Positions 18,644 to 28,990 of a DNA stretch of 64,000 nt are shown one piece after another. Source of the DNA: Chitinophagales bacterium (GTDB taxonomy: Bacteria > Bacteroidota > Bacteroidia > Chitinophagales > Saprospiraceae); contig JBBSAQ010000015.1 in NCBI GenBank assembly GCA_038252065.1, positions 10,444-74,443 on the forward strand, written 5' to 3'. Below the pieces are notes generated by a model that did not search any database, was not told the DNA's origin, and saw only the letters and a list, made by a program, of their open reading frames with translations. The translations under genes and the position numbers were made by a program. Each line of letters begins with the position of its first letter. The stretch's first letter is position 1.

Positions 18644-19728
18644 ATATTTTCACTTCTTCTCTCGGCAATATTTACATCGGTGATGTCCAGGACGGCTTGA
18701 AAAAAGTAATTGATGACTATCATCCCTTATCTGTATTTATCATTTGTGATGAAAATACGGCACAATATTGTGTACCTAAAATTGAACATTTGACAGATAA
18801 TGTTCAGCTCATCCTGACAACGTCAGGTGAAAAAAATAAAAATCTTGAAGCCTGCAGATCTATCTGGTCAGCAATGATTGAAAAAAAAGCTGACAGGGAT
18901 TCGATCATATTGAATGTAGGAGGTGGAGTGGTGTGTGATATGGGTGGATTTGCGGCAGCATGTTTTCAGCGAGGTATTCGTTTTGGACATATTCCCACGA
19001 CCCTTTTATCAATGGTTGATGCCTCAATCGGTGGTAAGCTGGGGGTAGACTATGAGGGTTTCAAAAACTATATTGGCCTGATTCAAAATCCATCTTTCAT
19101 CTGGATTGATCCATCCTTTTTAGAAACTTTACCACCGCTGGAAATCAAATCCGGAATGGCTGAGATTGTCAAACATGCTATCATCGGGAGTCAATCACTC
19201 TGGGATATATTATCTGGTGTCATGACCATAGACGAATTGAATTGGGCGGAAATAATTGAAGAAAATATTCCTGTAAAAGTTAAAATCGTCGAAAGTGACG
19301 TCAGAGAACACGGCCTGAGAAAAGTGCTAAATTTTGGTCACACTATTGGCCATGCCCTTGAAAGTTTCTATTTAGCAAACCGCATTCCGGTGACACATGG
19401 TCAATGTGTAGCTATCGGGATGATGGTGGAATCAAGGATGGCAGATTCAATGGGATTGTTGAATAGTACTGATTTTGAATCCATTATGGAAGTCATAAGT
19501 CGTTTACTTAGCCCTGAAGTTGTTTCTTTGCCGGGAGTTGAAATAGTTCTTCCCTGGATAGGTGGGGATAAAAAGAAATCGAAAGGCAGAGTGGGATTCA
19601 GTTTGCCTGATAAGATAGGATCTTGCGGTTGGGATATACCGGTGGAGGAGAATGTCATTATTGAGAGTTTTGAGTGGGTCCGGGCACAAGTCAAAGCCGT
19701 ACCTTTTCGTTTGAGAGTAGAAAAATAG
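18640..19728 (+). CDS. aroB: 3-dehydroquinate synthase
   Basis: 362 aa. Motifs NVGGGVVCDMGGFAAACFQRGIRFGHIPTTLLSMVDASIGGKLGVD and LNFGHTIGHALE. Confidence 0.9.
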   Translation: MNIFTSSLGNIYIGDVQDGLKKVIDDYHPLSVFIICDENTAQYCVPKIEHLTDNVQLILTTSGEKNKNLEACRSIWSAMIEKKADRDSIILNVGGGVVCDMGGFAAACFQRGIRFGHIPTTLLSMVDASIGGKLGVDYEGFKNYIGLIQNPSFIWIDPSFLETLPPLEIKSGMAEIVKHAIIGSQSLWDILSGVMTIDELNWAEIIEENIPVKVKIVESDVREHGLRKVLNFGHTIGHALESFYLANRIPVTHGQCVAIGMMVESRMADSMGLLNSTDFESIMEVISRLLSPEVVSLPGVEIVLPWIGGDKKKSKGRVGFSLPDKIGSCGWDIPVEENVIIESFEWVRAQVKAVPFRLRVEK

Positions 19729-19751
19729 ATGCAAGGGATTATAATATAAAT

Positions 19752-22283
19752 ATGGGAAACAGGAATTCTTCATATGCCAGATATGGTAAAAGGATGTGGT
19801 ATGCTGCCATCACCTTTGCGGTCTTATTTATCCTGTTTTTTGTCATTCTTTCTTTCCAGGGTTTACCTGATTTTAAGCAATTGGAAAATCCGGATTTTGA
19901 GCTTGCCACACAGGTTATTGACATAAAAAGCCGTGAGATCGGAAGGTACTACACTCAAAACCGGTTGCCTGTCACCTATAATGAGTTGAATCCTTTTCTG
20001 ATAGATGCTCTGGTCGCTACAGAAGATGTAAGGTATTTTTCGCATTCCGGCGTTGATGTCCAGGCCTTGTCAAGGGTGATCATGGGCGTCATCACCTTCA
20101 ATACAAGAAAAGGAGGAGGTAGTACGATCACTCAACAATTAGCAAAACTTCTGTTTGACCGACCCGATTTTGAAGGCATGGGGAAGATGAAAAAGGCATG
20201 GACGCTGGTCATCACAAAGTTTAAAGAATGGATCACTGCTGTGAAGCTTGAAAAACAATATACAAAACAGGAAATCCTGGCGATGTATCTCAATAAGTTT
20301 AATTTTATCTATGGGGCCTATGGAATCAGTGCAGCATCTGAAATTTATTTTGGAAAAAATCAAAGAGAGCTGAAAATAGAGGAGGCTGCTACACTCATCG
20401 GTATGTTGAACAATCCGGCTTTATTTAATCCAATCCGGAGACCTGATACAGTCATGAACCGGCGAATGATCGTCCTGAATCAGATGCGTAAGGAGAATTA
20501 TATCACACGGCATCAATATGATTCTCTCAGGGTACTTCCTTTGGATCTTTCTCATTTCAGCAGACAAAGTCATGAGAGTGGACCGGCTCCTTATTTCAGA
20601 GCTGAATTAGCCAATTGGCTCAAGGTTCTTTTTGCAAAGGAGGAGTATCGCAAGTCGAATGGTGAGAAATATAATATCTATGAAGATGGCTTGAAAGTAT
20701 ACGTCACCATTGACCTCGACATGCAACAAATGGCTGAAGAAGAAATGTGGAAGCACATGTCAGGTGTTCAGGAAAAATATAATAAAGTCTGGGAGGGAAT
20801 GGATCCCTGGACGTATCATGCGGATGATATTCAAAAGAAAATAAGAAAAGAATCGCTCACACATTTGATTCGTCAAAGTGGCCGGTATGTCGCATTACGT
20901 GAAGTAAGATTAAATGAGATACTTGATAAAATTCAGAGCGCTCATGATATTCAGCTCACAGACTGGGATATCGAAAATATTCTGCAGGAAACCCAAAAAG
21001 CCGGACGTATCGCCCGTCTTGTATCAGGAAAAACAATTTCTACTGATCGCGGCAAGAAATATAAAGATGTGATGACCGGGGAATTGTGGCCACAATTGGT
21101 TACAATCTGGAATGATTTTCAAAAAGAAGTCATGAAGGAGATGAATACGCCTGTAGACATGATGGTATTTGATTACAATCCAAAAGGCGAAAAAAAGGCC
21201 CACATGACTCCGCTGGATTCCATTAAATATCACAGAAAATTTTTACAGACCGGCATTTTAGCTATTGATCCGAAAACCGGTGAAGTCAAGACATGGGTTG
21301 GAGGTATAAACAATAAATACTTTCAGTTTGATCACACCGGTGCAAGTCGGCAGGTCGGTTCAACATTTAAACCCTTTGTATATGCTACTGCTATTACCCT
21401 GCAAGGCATTTCGCCATGTTTTCCCGTGATAGATCAGCCATATACCATAGGTCCGGGGGATGGAAGTTTTGGACTTCAATCAACGTGGACACCCAATAAT
21501 GCAGATGGAAAATATACAGGCCGGACATTCACTTTATTTGAAGGTCTTCGGGATTCCCGAAATACGATTTCTGTTTTTCTCATGCAACAATTGGGCAACG
21601 CAAATGTCGTGAGGGGCCTGATTAATAATATGGGGATTGATAGTTCGACACGCAGGTCTGATGGTGAATATAGAGTGCCCAATCAGCCTTCTATTTGCCT
21701 TGGGGCAGCTGACCTGAGTGTCATGGAGATGACAGGCGCATATTGTACGTTTGCTAATAATGGTGTATTTGTCAAGCCATACTTTGTGAGCTCCATCGAA
21801 GACCCGAATGGAAAAGTAATATACAGGGCAGTCAGGGAAGAACAGGTAGCTCTGCCACCTAAAGCAAATGCAGTCATGGTAGATATGTTGAAATTTGCCG
21901 CAGATTATGCTTTTCGGGGATATAAGAGCGAAGTAGGTGGTAAGACAGGGACAACAAATGATTATGTAGACGGATGGTTTATGGGTGTGACACCCTCATT
22001 GGTCGTTGGGACCTGGGTGGGTGGGGAAGATCCGTGGATCCGATTTAATTCATTGGCTGACGGCCAGGGGGCGGTGATGGCGAGACCATTCTTTAAAGCA
22101 TTTCTTAGCCGGCTTGAAAATTCAACTACGACAGATTATGACCCGAATGCAAAATTCGAAAAGCCTGAAGGAGGACTCGATATCGAAACAGACTGCGATA
22201 AATATAATGCCATGCGACATCAGAATGGGGTCATCGATCATTTTGATCCAAAAACATATGAAGAAGAATTTATTGAAAATTAA
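19752..22283 (+). CDS. Bifunctional class A penicillin-binding protein (PBP1A-type transglycosylase/transpeptidase)
   Basis: GT51 motifs EDVRYFSHSGVD and GGSTITQQLAK. Transpeptidase motifs STFK, SRN and KTGTT. A membrane anchor follows the ATG at 19752. The track start at 19674 overlaps aroB and is less likely. Confidence 0.9.
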   Translation: MGNRNSSYARYGKRMWYAAITFAVLFILFFVILSFQGLPDFKQLENPDFELATQVIDIKSREIGRYYTQNRLPVTYNELNPFLIDALVATEDVRYFSHSGVDVQALSRVIMGVITFNTRKGGGSTITQQLAKLLFDRPDFEGMGKMKKAWTLVITKFKEWITAVKLEKQYTKQEILAMYLNKFNFIYGAYGISAASEIYFGKNQRELKIEEAATLIGMLNNPALFNPIRRPDTVMNRRMIVLNQMRKENYITRHQYDSLRVLPLDLSHFSRQSHESGPAPYFRAELANWLKVLFAKEEYRKSNGEKYNIYEDGLKVYVTIDLDMQQMAEEEMWKHMSGVQEKYNKVWEGMDPWTYHADDIQKKIRKESLTHLIRQSGRYVALREVRLNEILDKIQSAHDIQLTDWDIENILQETQKAGRIARLVSGKTISTDRGKKYKDVMTGELWPQLVTIWNDFQKEVMKEMNTPVDMMVFDYNPKGEKKAHMTPLDSIKYHRKFLQTGILAIDPKTGEVKTWVGGINNKYFQFDHTGASRQVGSTFKPFVYATAITLQGISPCFPVIDQPYTIGPGDGSFGLQSTWTPNNADGKYTGRTFTLFEGLRDSRNTISVFLMQQLGNANVVRGLINNMGIDSSTRRSDGEYRVPNQPSICLGAADLSVMEMTGAYCTFANNGVFVKPYFVSSIEDPNGKVIYRAVREEQVALPPKANAVMVDMLKFAADYAFRGYKSEVGGKTGTTNDYVDGWFMGVTPSLVVGTWVGGEDPWIRFNSLADGQGAVMARPFFKAFLSRLENSTTTDYDPNAKFEKPEGGLDIETDCDKYNAMRHQNGVIDHFDPKTYEEEFIEN

Positions 22284-22289
22284 TTAGGA

Positions 22290-22297
22290 TAAATTTG
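22290..22297 (+). promoter_or_regulatory. Candidate Bacteroidota -7 promoter box (TAnnTTTG)
   Basis: TAAATTTG lies 27 nt upstream of the ATG at 22324 and matches the published Bacteroides sigma-AB -7 consensus TAnnTTTG. No clear -33 TTTG is present. Confidence 0.35.
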
Positions 22298-22323
22298 ACC
22301 TTCCGTAGGAACAGACAGATATA

Positions 22324-24378
22324 ATGACGATAAAAAAGAAAAGCCAAAAGAGTGGGTACATGAGAAACTGGTGTAAAAGTGGTTTTTTCATAAGTTTGTT
22401 TTTTGTGCTTGTCATTGCAGGATGTGTACCGGTGGAAGAAAAAATTCCTGCGCCGTTTGAAACCAGTATCCGCCAGGAAGGTGTACGCAAAATCTATGAT
22501 ATGCAGACCCGGCAGGAAAGGGATAGCCTGCTGATCAACTTAAAAAGTGACGACCCTTCTTTTCGGTTTGCTGCTGCAAGAGCTTTTGCTTCCTTTCAGG
22601 ATTCAACAGCTCTTGATGCATTATTTCCTTTGCTCACGGACAAACAAGGGCAGGTAAGAGCTATGGCTGCCTATGCTATAGGGCAAATCGGCTCTGCAAG
22701 GGGAGAGGGCCAGCTTACAGCCGCTTTTGATGGCAGAGATAGCGCAAGACTTTATGAAGAGGCCAACAGCGCAATCCTTGAAGCGATGGGAAGAATAGGG
22801 AGTACTCAATTTCTTCGGGCACTGAGTACAATATCAACATATCAGCTCACCGATACTTTATTGCTCCTTGGCCAGGCCCGTGGCATATACAGATATTGTC
22901 TGCGCAATATGATTGATCCGGAGGGAACCGCTACGATGGTGAGATATCTTTCTGATCCTAAAATGCCACCGCAAGTGCGACTTATAGCGGCACACTACCT
23001 GCACAGGGCTACTGGTCTTGACCTCACTCCACATGCAGACCAACTCATAGCTGACTGGCAAAGCGAAGGAGATCCATTCCTCAGGATGTGCATTGCCACA
23101 GCATTAGGTAAATTAAAAACATCCGCTGCCAGTAAGTTATTAATTGAAAGCCTCCAAACGGAAACGGATGATCGTGTCAAATCAAATATCATCCGGGCAC
23201 TTCAGACTTTTAATTACGATGATGTTGACAAAATATTACTCGAGGCCGCAAAAGACAGTCATGCCGGGCCGGCAGAAGTAGCAGCGCAGTATTTTGTCAA
23301 CCAGGGCAAGGAACAGGATGCCACCAGGTATAGAAATATCATGGATCAATGTAAGACCTGGCAGGCAAAAACACGCATGGCCGAAGCCGCGAATAAAAAT
23401 ATGAGCTCAATGTTCAGTGGTGCCAAGACATCATTGACTAAAGATATTCTGGCCAATCTCAATGCGGCTACGAATATGTATGAGAAAGCTGCCTGGCTGA
23501 AAGCGTGGGGAAGTGAAATCCGAAACTTTGAATCATTGCCAAAGTATATGCAGCCGGATCAGTCGATAGTGGTGCGGACTCAGGCCGTAACCTGTCTCAT
23601 CGATGTGTGTGAGGATAAAAATTTTGAGTCTTTTTTTGCAGGTCAGGGCTACCTGATCAGATCACAGATAGGTGGTTATCTGGCCAATGCCATGCGTGGC
23701 GGCGATGCAGGTATACTCGCGTTGATCGCAGGCGGTATCTCCGATCCAAAGACAGGTCTTAAAGCAGTAATGAGTGATCGCAAAGGCGAATTGAGCAAGG
23801 CCCTGGCCAATCTCAAACTGCCTGAGGAGATGGAGACCTATATTGAACTTGCGAAAGCACTTAAAGAATATAATATCGAGACTCTTTCAATTCCGGACGA
23901 TAAGAAAGGATTGAAAACAATCAATTGGAACATAATTGATTCGCTGAAAAAGGACAGCAAGGTGATCATTAAAACTTCTCTCGGAGATATCACGATGAAA
24001 TTATATCCTGAAAGTGCTCCCGGATCAGTTTCTAATTTTATTGAACTTGCGAATGCAAATTTTTTTGATGGAAAACCTTTTCACCGGGTTGTTCCGAATT
24101 TTGTCATTCAGACAGGTTGTCCTCGCGGGGATGGATATGGAAGTCTTGATTTTACGATCCGTTCTGAGCTGTCGGGAGCTTATTACGATGATGAAGGTTA
24201 TGTGGGTATGGCGTCAGCCGGTCTGCATACTGAAGGAACACAGTTTTTTATTACACATTCGTCGACACCTCATCTTGATGGCCGGTACACCATTTTTGGA
24301 AAAGTAATTTCAGGCATGGATATCGTACAGCAAATCGGTATGGGAGATACCATCAAAGAAATCAATATAGAATACTAA
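22324..24378 (+). CDS. Lipoprotein fusing HEAT-repeat modules to a C-terminal cyclophilin-type peptidyl-prolyl isomerase
   Basis: 684 aa. Lipobox VLVIAGC. PBS-lyase/HEAT-like repeats are present (DPSFRFAAARAFASFQDSTALDALFPLLTDKQGQVRAMAAYAIGQIG). The C-terminal cyclophilin motifs are FHRVVPNFVIQTGCPRGDGYGS and GTQFFITHSSTPHLDGRYTIFGKV. Confidence 0.8.
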   Translation: MTIKKKSQKSGYMRNWCKSGFFISLFFVLVIAGCVPVEEKIPAPFETSIRQEGVRKIYDMQTRQERDSLLINLKSDDPSFRFAAARAFASFQDSTALDALFPLLTDKQGQVRAMAAYAIGQIGSARGEGQLTAAFDGRDSARLYEEANSAILEAMGRIGSTQFLRALSTISTYQLTDTLLLLGQARGIYRYCLRNMIDPEGTATMVRYLSDPKMPPQVRLIAAHYLHRATGLDLTPHADQLIADWQSEGDPFLRMCIATALGKLKTSAASKLLIESLQTETDDRVKSNIIRALQTFNYDDVDKILLEAAKDSHAGPAEVAAQYFVNQGKEQDATRYRNIMDQCKTWQAKTRMAEAANKNMSSMFSGAKTSLTKDILANLNAATNMYEKAAWLKAWGSEIRNFESLPKYMQPDQSIVVRTQAVTCLIDVCEDKNFESFFAGQGYLIRSQIGGYLANAMRGGDAGILALIAGGISDPKTGLKAVMSDRKGELSKALANLKLPEEMETYIELAKALKEYNIETLSIPDDKKGLKTINWNIIDSLKKDSKVIIKTSLGDITMKLYPESAPGSVSNFIELANANFFDGKPFHRVVPNFVIQTGCPRGDGYGSLDFTIRSELSGAYYDDEGYVGMASAGLHTEGTQFFITHSSTPHLDGRYTIFGKVISGMDIVQQIGMGDTIKEINIEY

Positions 24379-24385
24379 TAACTTC

Positions 24386-25498
24386 ATGAAATCAACACCT
24401 CTTGAATCAAGGCATATCGCGCTGGGTGCGAAAATGACTGAATTTGCAGGATATAATATGCCTGTACTCTACACCAATATACAAGAAGAACACCAGACCG
24501 TTCGCAACAACGTAGGTGTATTTGATGTGTCCCATATGGGGGAGTTCATTGTCAAAGGAAAGCAGGCGCTGGAACTTGTACAAAGGATAAGCTCAAATGA
24601 TGCGTCAGTACTTGCTGTCGGGCAGGCTCAGTATTCAAGTCTTCCAAACGAAAATGGTGGGATAGTTGATGACATGTTAGTGTACAGATTACCTGAAGAA
24701 ATGAGCGAGCCCGGAGACCAGGCTTTTATGCTTGTCGTCAACGCTTCGAATATTCAGAAAGATTGGGATCATATACAACACTATGCAAAGAGCTTTGATA
24801 CGCGCATGATTGATATTTCTGATCAGACGGGTTTGATCGCCGTGCAAGGGCCAATGGCATTAGCTGCACTGCAGCCCTTGACGGATGTTGATTTAAAAAA
24901 GATACCCTACTATAGTTTTGCTAAAGGTGTATTTGCGGGCATTGACAATGTATTGATTTCTGCTACTGGCTATACAGGTTCAGGCGGTTTTGAATTGTAT
25001 GTAGATAGTCAGCATTTACCCGCCTTGTGGGATACGGTGATGGCGATCAGGAGTCCTGTTCAACCTATGGCTGCAGGTCTCGGGGCAAGAGATACATTGC
25101 GTCTTGAAATGGGATTTTGTCTTTATGGCAATGATATTGACGACACCACATCTGTCATTGAAGCAGGTTTGGGCTGGATCACTAAATTGAAAAAGGCAAG
25201 TCCTTTCCCTTCAAAAGAAATTTTCAGCGAGCAGAAAAAAAATGGCGTAAAGAAAAAGCTGGTTGGATTTGTAGTGGATGATCGTCGGGTACCACGTCAT
25301 GGATATCCGGTGTGCGATGCTGAGGGAAATGATATCGGAGTTGTCACCAGTGGGACGTTGTCACCAACTCTCCAGATACCGATTGGCATGGCATATGTCC
25401 CGGCAGATTTAGCTACACCGGGTTCGGCATTTGGTGTCAAAGCAGGAGCGAAAATATTGGCAGCGAAAGTTGTAAGTCTTCCTTTTGTAAAAATTTAA
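24386..25498 (+). CDS. gcvT: Glycine cleavage system aminomethyltransferase (T protein)
   Basis: 370 aa. Motifs FAGYNMPVLY, VGVFDVSHMGEF, ATGYTGSGGFELY and GARDTLRLEMGFCLYGNDI. Confidence 0.92.
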   Translation: MKSTPLESRHIALGAKMTEFAGYNMPVLYTNIQEEHQTVRNNVGVFDVSHMGEFIVKGKQALELVQRISSNDASVLAVGQAQYSSLPNENGGIVDDMLVYRLPEEMSEPGDQAFMLVVNASNIQKDWDHIQHYAKSFDTRMIDISDQTGLIAVQGPMALAALQPLTDVDLKKIPYYSFAKGVFAGIDNVLISATGYTGSGGFELYVDSQHLPALWDTVMAIRSPVQPMAAGLGARDTLRLEMGFCLYGNDIDDTTSVIEAGLGWITKLKKASPFPSKEIFSEQKKNGVKKKLVGFVVDDRRVPRHGYPVCDAEGNDIGVVTSGTLSPTLQIPIGMAYVPADLATPGSAFGVKAGAKILAAKVVSLPFVKI

Positions 25499-25588
25499 AT
25501 TTCCTCTGCTTACAAATACTCTGACGTCATAACAATTCCGGTACAGTTCTGATCAGATGGACACAAGAGAATGCAATAAAATAATCGA

Positions 25589-26692
25589 ATGAAAATATTT
25601 CCTTTCCAGGCCATTTATCCCAATGTCAATCTGATCGCTTCTGCGGACTCTTTTTTTTCAACTGTCAGAAATGATTATACGCAATACCTGCAGAGTGGGT
25701 TCTTTCGCGAAACTGCCGGAAAAGGCTATTATATTTTTGAAATTAAGATCGGAAAAATTGTGCATTCAGGTCTCGTCGTTTGTCTGGATGTCACTGATTA
25801 CTCAGGTGGGAAAATAGTACGTCATGAACAAACCATCGCCAGCAGTGAACAGGAAATGATAAAAATTCTGCTGCAACGCGGAGCGATGGTCAAGCCGGTC
25901 CTCCTTTGTCACCCTGAAGTGAAAGAAATAACAAAGGAAATTCAGAAACAGAAAAAAAAGAGCAAATCATTTTTGGAATTAACGACATCAGCTAACCCTA
26001 TTCAATATACGCTTTACCAGATTTCCGAAAAAGATGGACTGGAGTTGACGAAGCTTTATAAATCGCGAATTCCGAAAGTTTATATTGCTGACGGGCATCA
26101 TCGATGCAGCACCGGGGAAAAGTTATTGAAATTGCAAGGGAATAAAGATGGGAAGGATTATTCCCTGCTGCTTGCGGCTTTGTTTTCATTTGATCAACTG
26201 GATATCCTTGACTACAACAGAGTAGTTCAACTGCCCTATAATCTAAAGCTGACACGTTTTATGGCCGACATCGGTCAGGTATGTGATATCCGATCAATCA
26301 GTAGCCCGGCTAAGCCGAAACGAAAACATGAGCTGACCATGTGTATCCAGGACGAGTGGTATGAAATGAAATGGAAGGCTGAGGTGCTGAAGAAGAATAA
26401 AAAATTACCCGCATCACTTGATGCACATATTCTCGACGAGGAAGTCCTTGACAAAATACTGGGGATAAAAGATGCCCGGACGGACAACAGGATAGAGTAT
26501 GTATCAGGTGATCTCGGACCGGAGAGAGTGGAAGAAAAAGCAAGATCGTCTGATCTCCATATCGGGTTTTGTATTTATCCAGTGCAGATCGATGAACTTG
26601 TCAAAGTATCTGATATCGGAGAAACACTTCCTCCGAAAAGCACTTGGTTTGAGCCTCGAATGATCAATGGTTTTATCGTGAAAAAGTATTGA
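25589..26692 (+). CDS. DUF1015-family protein
   Basis: 367 aa. It has the family-typical IADGHHR motif (VYIADGHHRCSTG) and the C-terminal PPKSTWFEPR pattern. Confidence 0.7.
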   Translation: MKIFPFQAIYPNVNLIASADSFFSTVRNDYTQYLQSGFFRETAGKGYYIFEIKIGKIVHSGLVVCLDVTDYSGGKIVRHEQTIASSEQEMIKILLQRGAMVKPVLLCHPEVKEITKEIQKQKKKSKSFLELTTSANPIQYTLYQISEKDGLELTKLYKSRIPKVYIADGHHRCSTGEKLLKLQGNKDGKDYSLLLAALFSFDQLDILDYNRVVQLPYNLKLTRFMADIGQVCDIRSISSPAKPKRKHELTMCIQDEWYEMKWKAEVLKKNKKLPASLDAHILDEEVLDKILGIKDARTDNRIEYVSGDLGPERVEEKARSSDLHIGFCIYPVQIDELVKVSDIGETLPPKSTWFEPRMINGFIVKKY

Positions 26693-27864
26693 TGCGTCTT
26701 CGATACATTACAGCGGACTGGATTTATCCTGTTACCTCCCCGCGTATTTTTCAAGGGGTTATTGTGATTGAAGATGACAGGATAACGGACATTACGTCCC
26801 GTGATCTTATTCATGCCGATCTGCTTGAATATCACAAAGGAATTCTCATCCCGGGATTTATCAATACACATTGTCATCTTGAGCTATCTCATCTGAAAGG
26901 AAGAATACCAACAGGTACAGGTTTGCTGGCATTTATCAAGGATGTTGTCACCTTAAGAGAAGTGTCACAAAATGAAATTGATGCAGCGATTGAAGAGACT
27001 GATGAGTACATGTGGTCACAGGGCATCCAGGCTGTAGGTGATATCTGCAATAAGCCGGATACATTTCCCGTCAAGCGGAGGAGTAAAATAAAGTACTACA
27101 GTTTTGTGGAGATGTTTGATTTCCTTCAGGAAAGCAGGACTGATGAGCTGACACGTAGCTACAAGGATGCATATGCTCTGGCACCTGAACCGAAATCGGC
27201 TGTTCCGCACGCACCATATTCTGTTTCACCTGGATTATTTATGCAGATCAATCAACTAAATTCCAAACCTGTGACCGTTAGTATTCACAATCAGGAATTG
27301 AAAGCAGAGCAAGATTTGTTTGTAAGCGGTGGGGGTGATTTTTATACTTTCTATTCCGGATTTGGAATGAACCTCGATCATTTTCAACATACAGGCCAAT
27401 CTTCTATTTACTATGCATTATCACATATGGATCCGGAGCATCGCTCCATTTTTGTCCACAATACAATGACAATCCAGGAAGAGATTGAAGCCGCCCATCA
27501 ATGGAATTCTAATGTTTTCTGGGCTACATGCGCTAATGCCAATTTGTATATCGAAAACAAGTTGCCGGATTATTATGCTTTTATTGATACAGGGGCTTTG
27601 ATGACGATCGGTACGGATTCTCTTTCTTCTAACTGGCAGCTTTCGATCCTTGAAGAAATGAAGACGATCACTAAATATCAATCACGTATTCCTTTCGATA
27701 CGTTGCTTCAATGGGCGACCATCAATGGAGCGAAAGCATTGGGTATGGATGATCAATTGGGCTCACTTGAAATCGGAAAACAGCCCGGCATTTTACTTTT
27801 GAATTACAATCCTGATGAAGATAACCTCGCCGATCAAAAAGTGGAAGTTCGAAGATTGCTATAG
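26692..27864 (+). CDS. Amidohydrolase-superfamily protein (chlorohydrolase/deaminase-like)
   Basis: Metal-binding motif GFINTHCHLELSH, a later HAPYS, and TDSLSSN near the C-terminus. The ATG at 26692 overlaps the upstream TGA by one base. Confidence 0.75.
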   Translation: MRLRYITADWIYPVTSPRIFQGVIVIEDDRITDITSRDLIHADLLEYHKGILIPGFINTHCHLELSHLKGRIPTGTGLLAFIKDVVTLREVSQNEIDAAIEETDEYMWSQGIQAVGDICNKPDTFPVKRRSKIKYYSFVEMFDFLQESRTDELTRSYKDAYALAPEPKSAVPHAPYSVSPGLFMQINQLNSKPVTVSIHNQELKAEQDLFVSGGGDFYTFYSGFGMNLDHFQHTGQSSIYYALSHMDPEHRSIFVHNTMTIQEEIEAAHQWNSNVFWATCANANLYIENKLPDYYAFIDTGALMTIGTDSLSSNWQLSILEEMKTITKYQSRIPFDTLLQWATINGAKALGMDDQLGSLEIGKQPGILLLNYNPDEDNLADQKVEVRRLL

Positions 27865-27905
27865 TAAGATTGCCATTGCCTTAGCGTTTGCCTTCTCCTC
27901 TTGTT

Positions 27906-28919
27906 TCAATCCGGCGCTGTCAATTGAAAAAAATATTGTCTTTCCGCTTTCCAGTTCAAATCCGGATGTAAGTATCCAAGGTGTTCGATATTTTTCAATT
28001 GTTTTTCTGCAAATGATTTTATGGCGTTCCGATCATCCTGTATAAACCGGTGCTCCATTGCGCGATGGATTTTTTCAATTTGTTGATGTGTTTCATTGCT
28101 ATGGCTTTCAAGATGTGTTTCTGTGAAAATATCCCAGATGATATCAATCGCCAATGGGGAAGGATGCACAAGATCACGGCCATAAAATCTGTAATCCCTG
28201 AGCTGATCCATCATGATTTCATAAGCAGGAAAATAACCATTATGGTTGTGATTTTTCAAATGCTGATCTATGGCTAGCAATAGAGTAGACTTGCTGAGTT
28301 GATTTTCTTCAATACCATCCTTGAGATGTCTTACGGGGCTCACTGTCCAGATGATATATGCTGATGGAGCAAGTTGGTTTATTGAATGTGTTATTTTTTT
28401 CAATGCCGATTCACATTCACTTAATGTCATTCTGAAGGATTCAAAATCATCCTGAGGTATTTTATGGCAGTTGCCGACAATGGCTCCGGTCTTTTTATAT
28501 CGATACACTTTAGCTGAGCCAAGACTAATGAAGACAAATTTGCTTTTGGTTAAATGTTGATGTGATTGTTCTATTGATGTATTGATGGTATCAAGGACTA
28601 CATTTTTATCTAAGCCGGAATATGAGCCATGATGATCCATGCTGTGGAAGAGGCCGTCCTGCAATATCAGTTCATTTTCCAGATACCATTCCTTTTTGGC
28701 TATTCTTTCAAACGAACGGGCTATTGAGATGGGGTTGAAGAGTATCCCGAATGGATTGGTTAATACATCATATTTGTAGCGCACCAATTTGTCTGCGATG
28801 TGTTCAGCAAAGCATGATCCGGCCATGCACACAACATCTCTGTAGGTTATTTTGGGCCGGAATTCCTTTGGATTTACATTGGTGATGAGATCATGCATTG
28901 GCCTGAATTTTTTTTCCAT
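27906..28919 (-). CDS. GSCFA-domain protein
   Basis: 337 aa. It contains the eponymous motif MAGSCFAEHI near the N-terminus and an SGNH-like layout. Confidence 0.75.
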   Translation of the reverse strand: MEKKFRPMHDLITNVNPKEFRPKITYRDVVCMAGSCFAEHIADKLVRYKYDVLTNPFGILFNPISIARSFERIAKKEWYLENELILQDGLFHSMDHHGSYSGLDKNVVLDTINTSIEQSHQHLTKSKFVFISLGSAKVYRYKKTGAIVGNCHKIPQDDFESFRMTLSECESALKKITHSINQLAPSAYIIWTVSPVRHLKDGIEENQLSKSTLLLAIDQHLKNHNHNGYFPAYEIMMDQLRDYRFYGRDLVHPSPLAIDIIWDIFTETHLESHSNETHQQIEKIHRAMEHRFIQDDRNAIKSFAEKQLKNIEHLGYLHPDLNWKAERQYFFQLTAPD

Positions 28920-28990
28920 TTTGAGGAATCCTGTAAAAGTAAATGGAAATAAAGGATTTATTTTTAAAGGCCCATTGGCAACATTATTCT

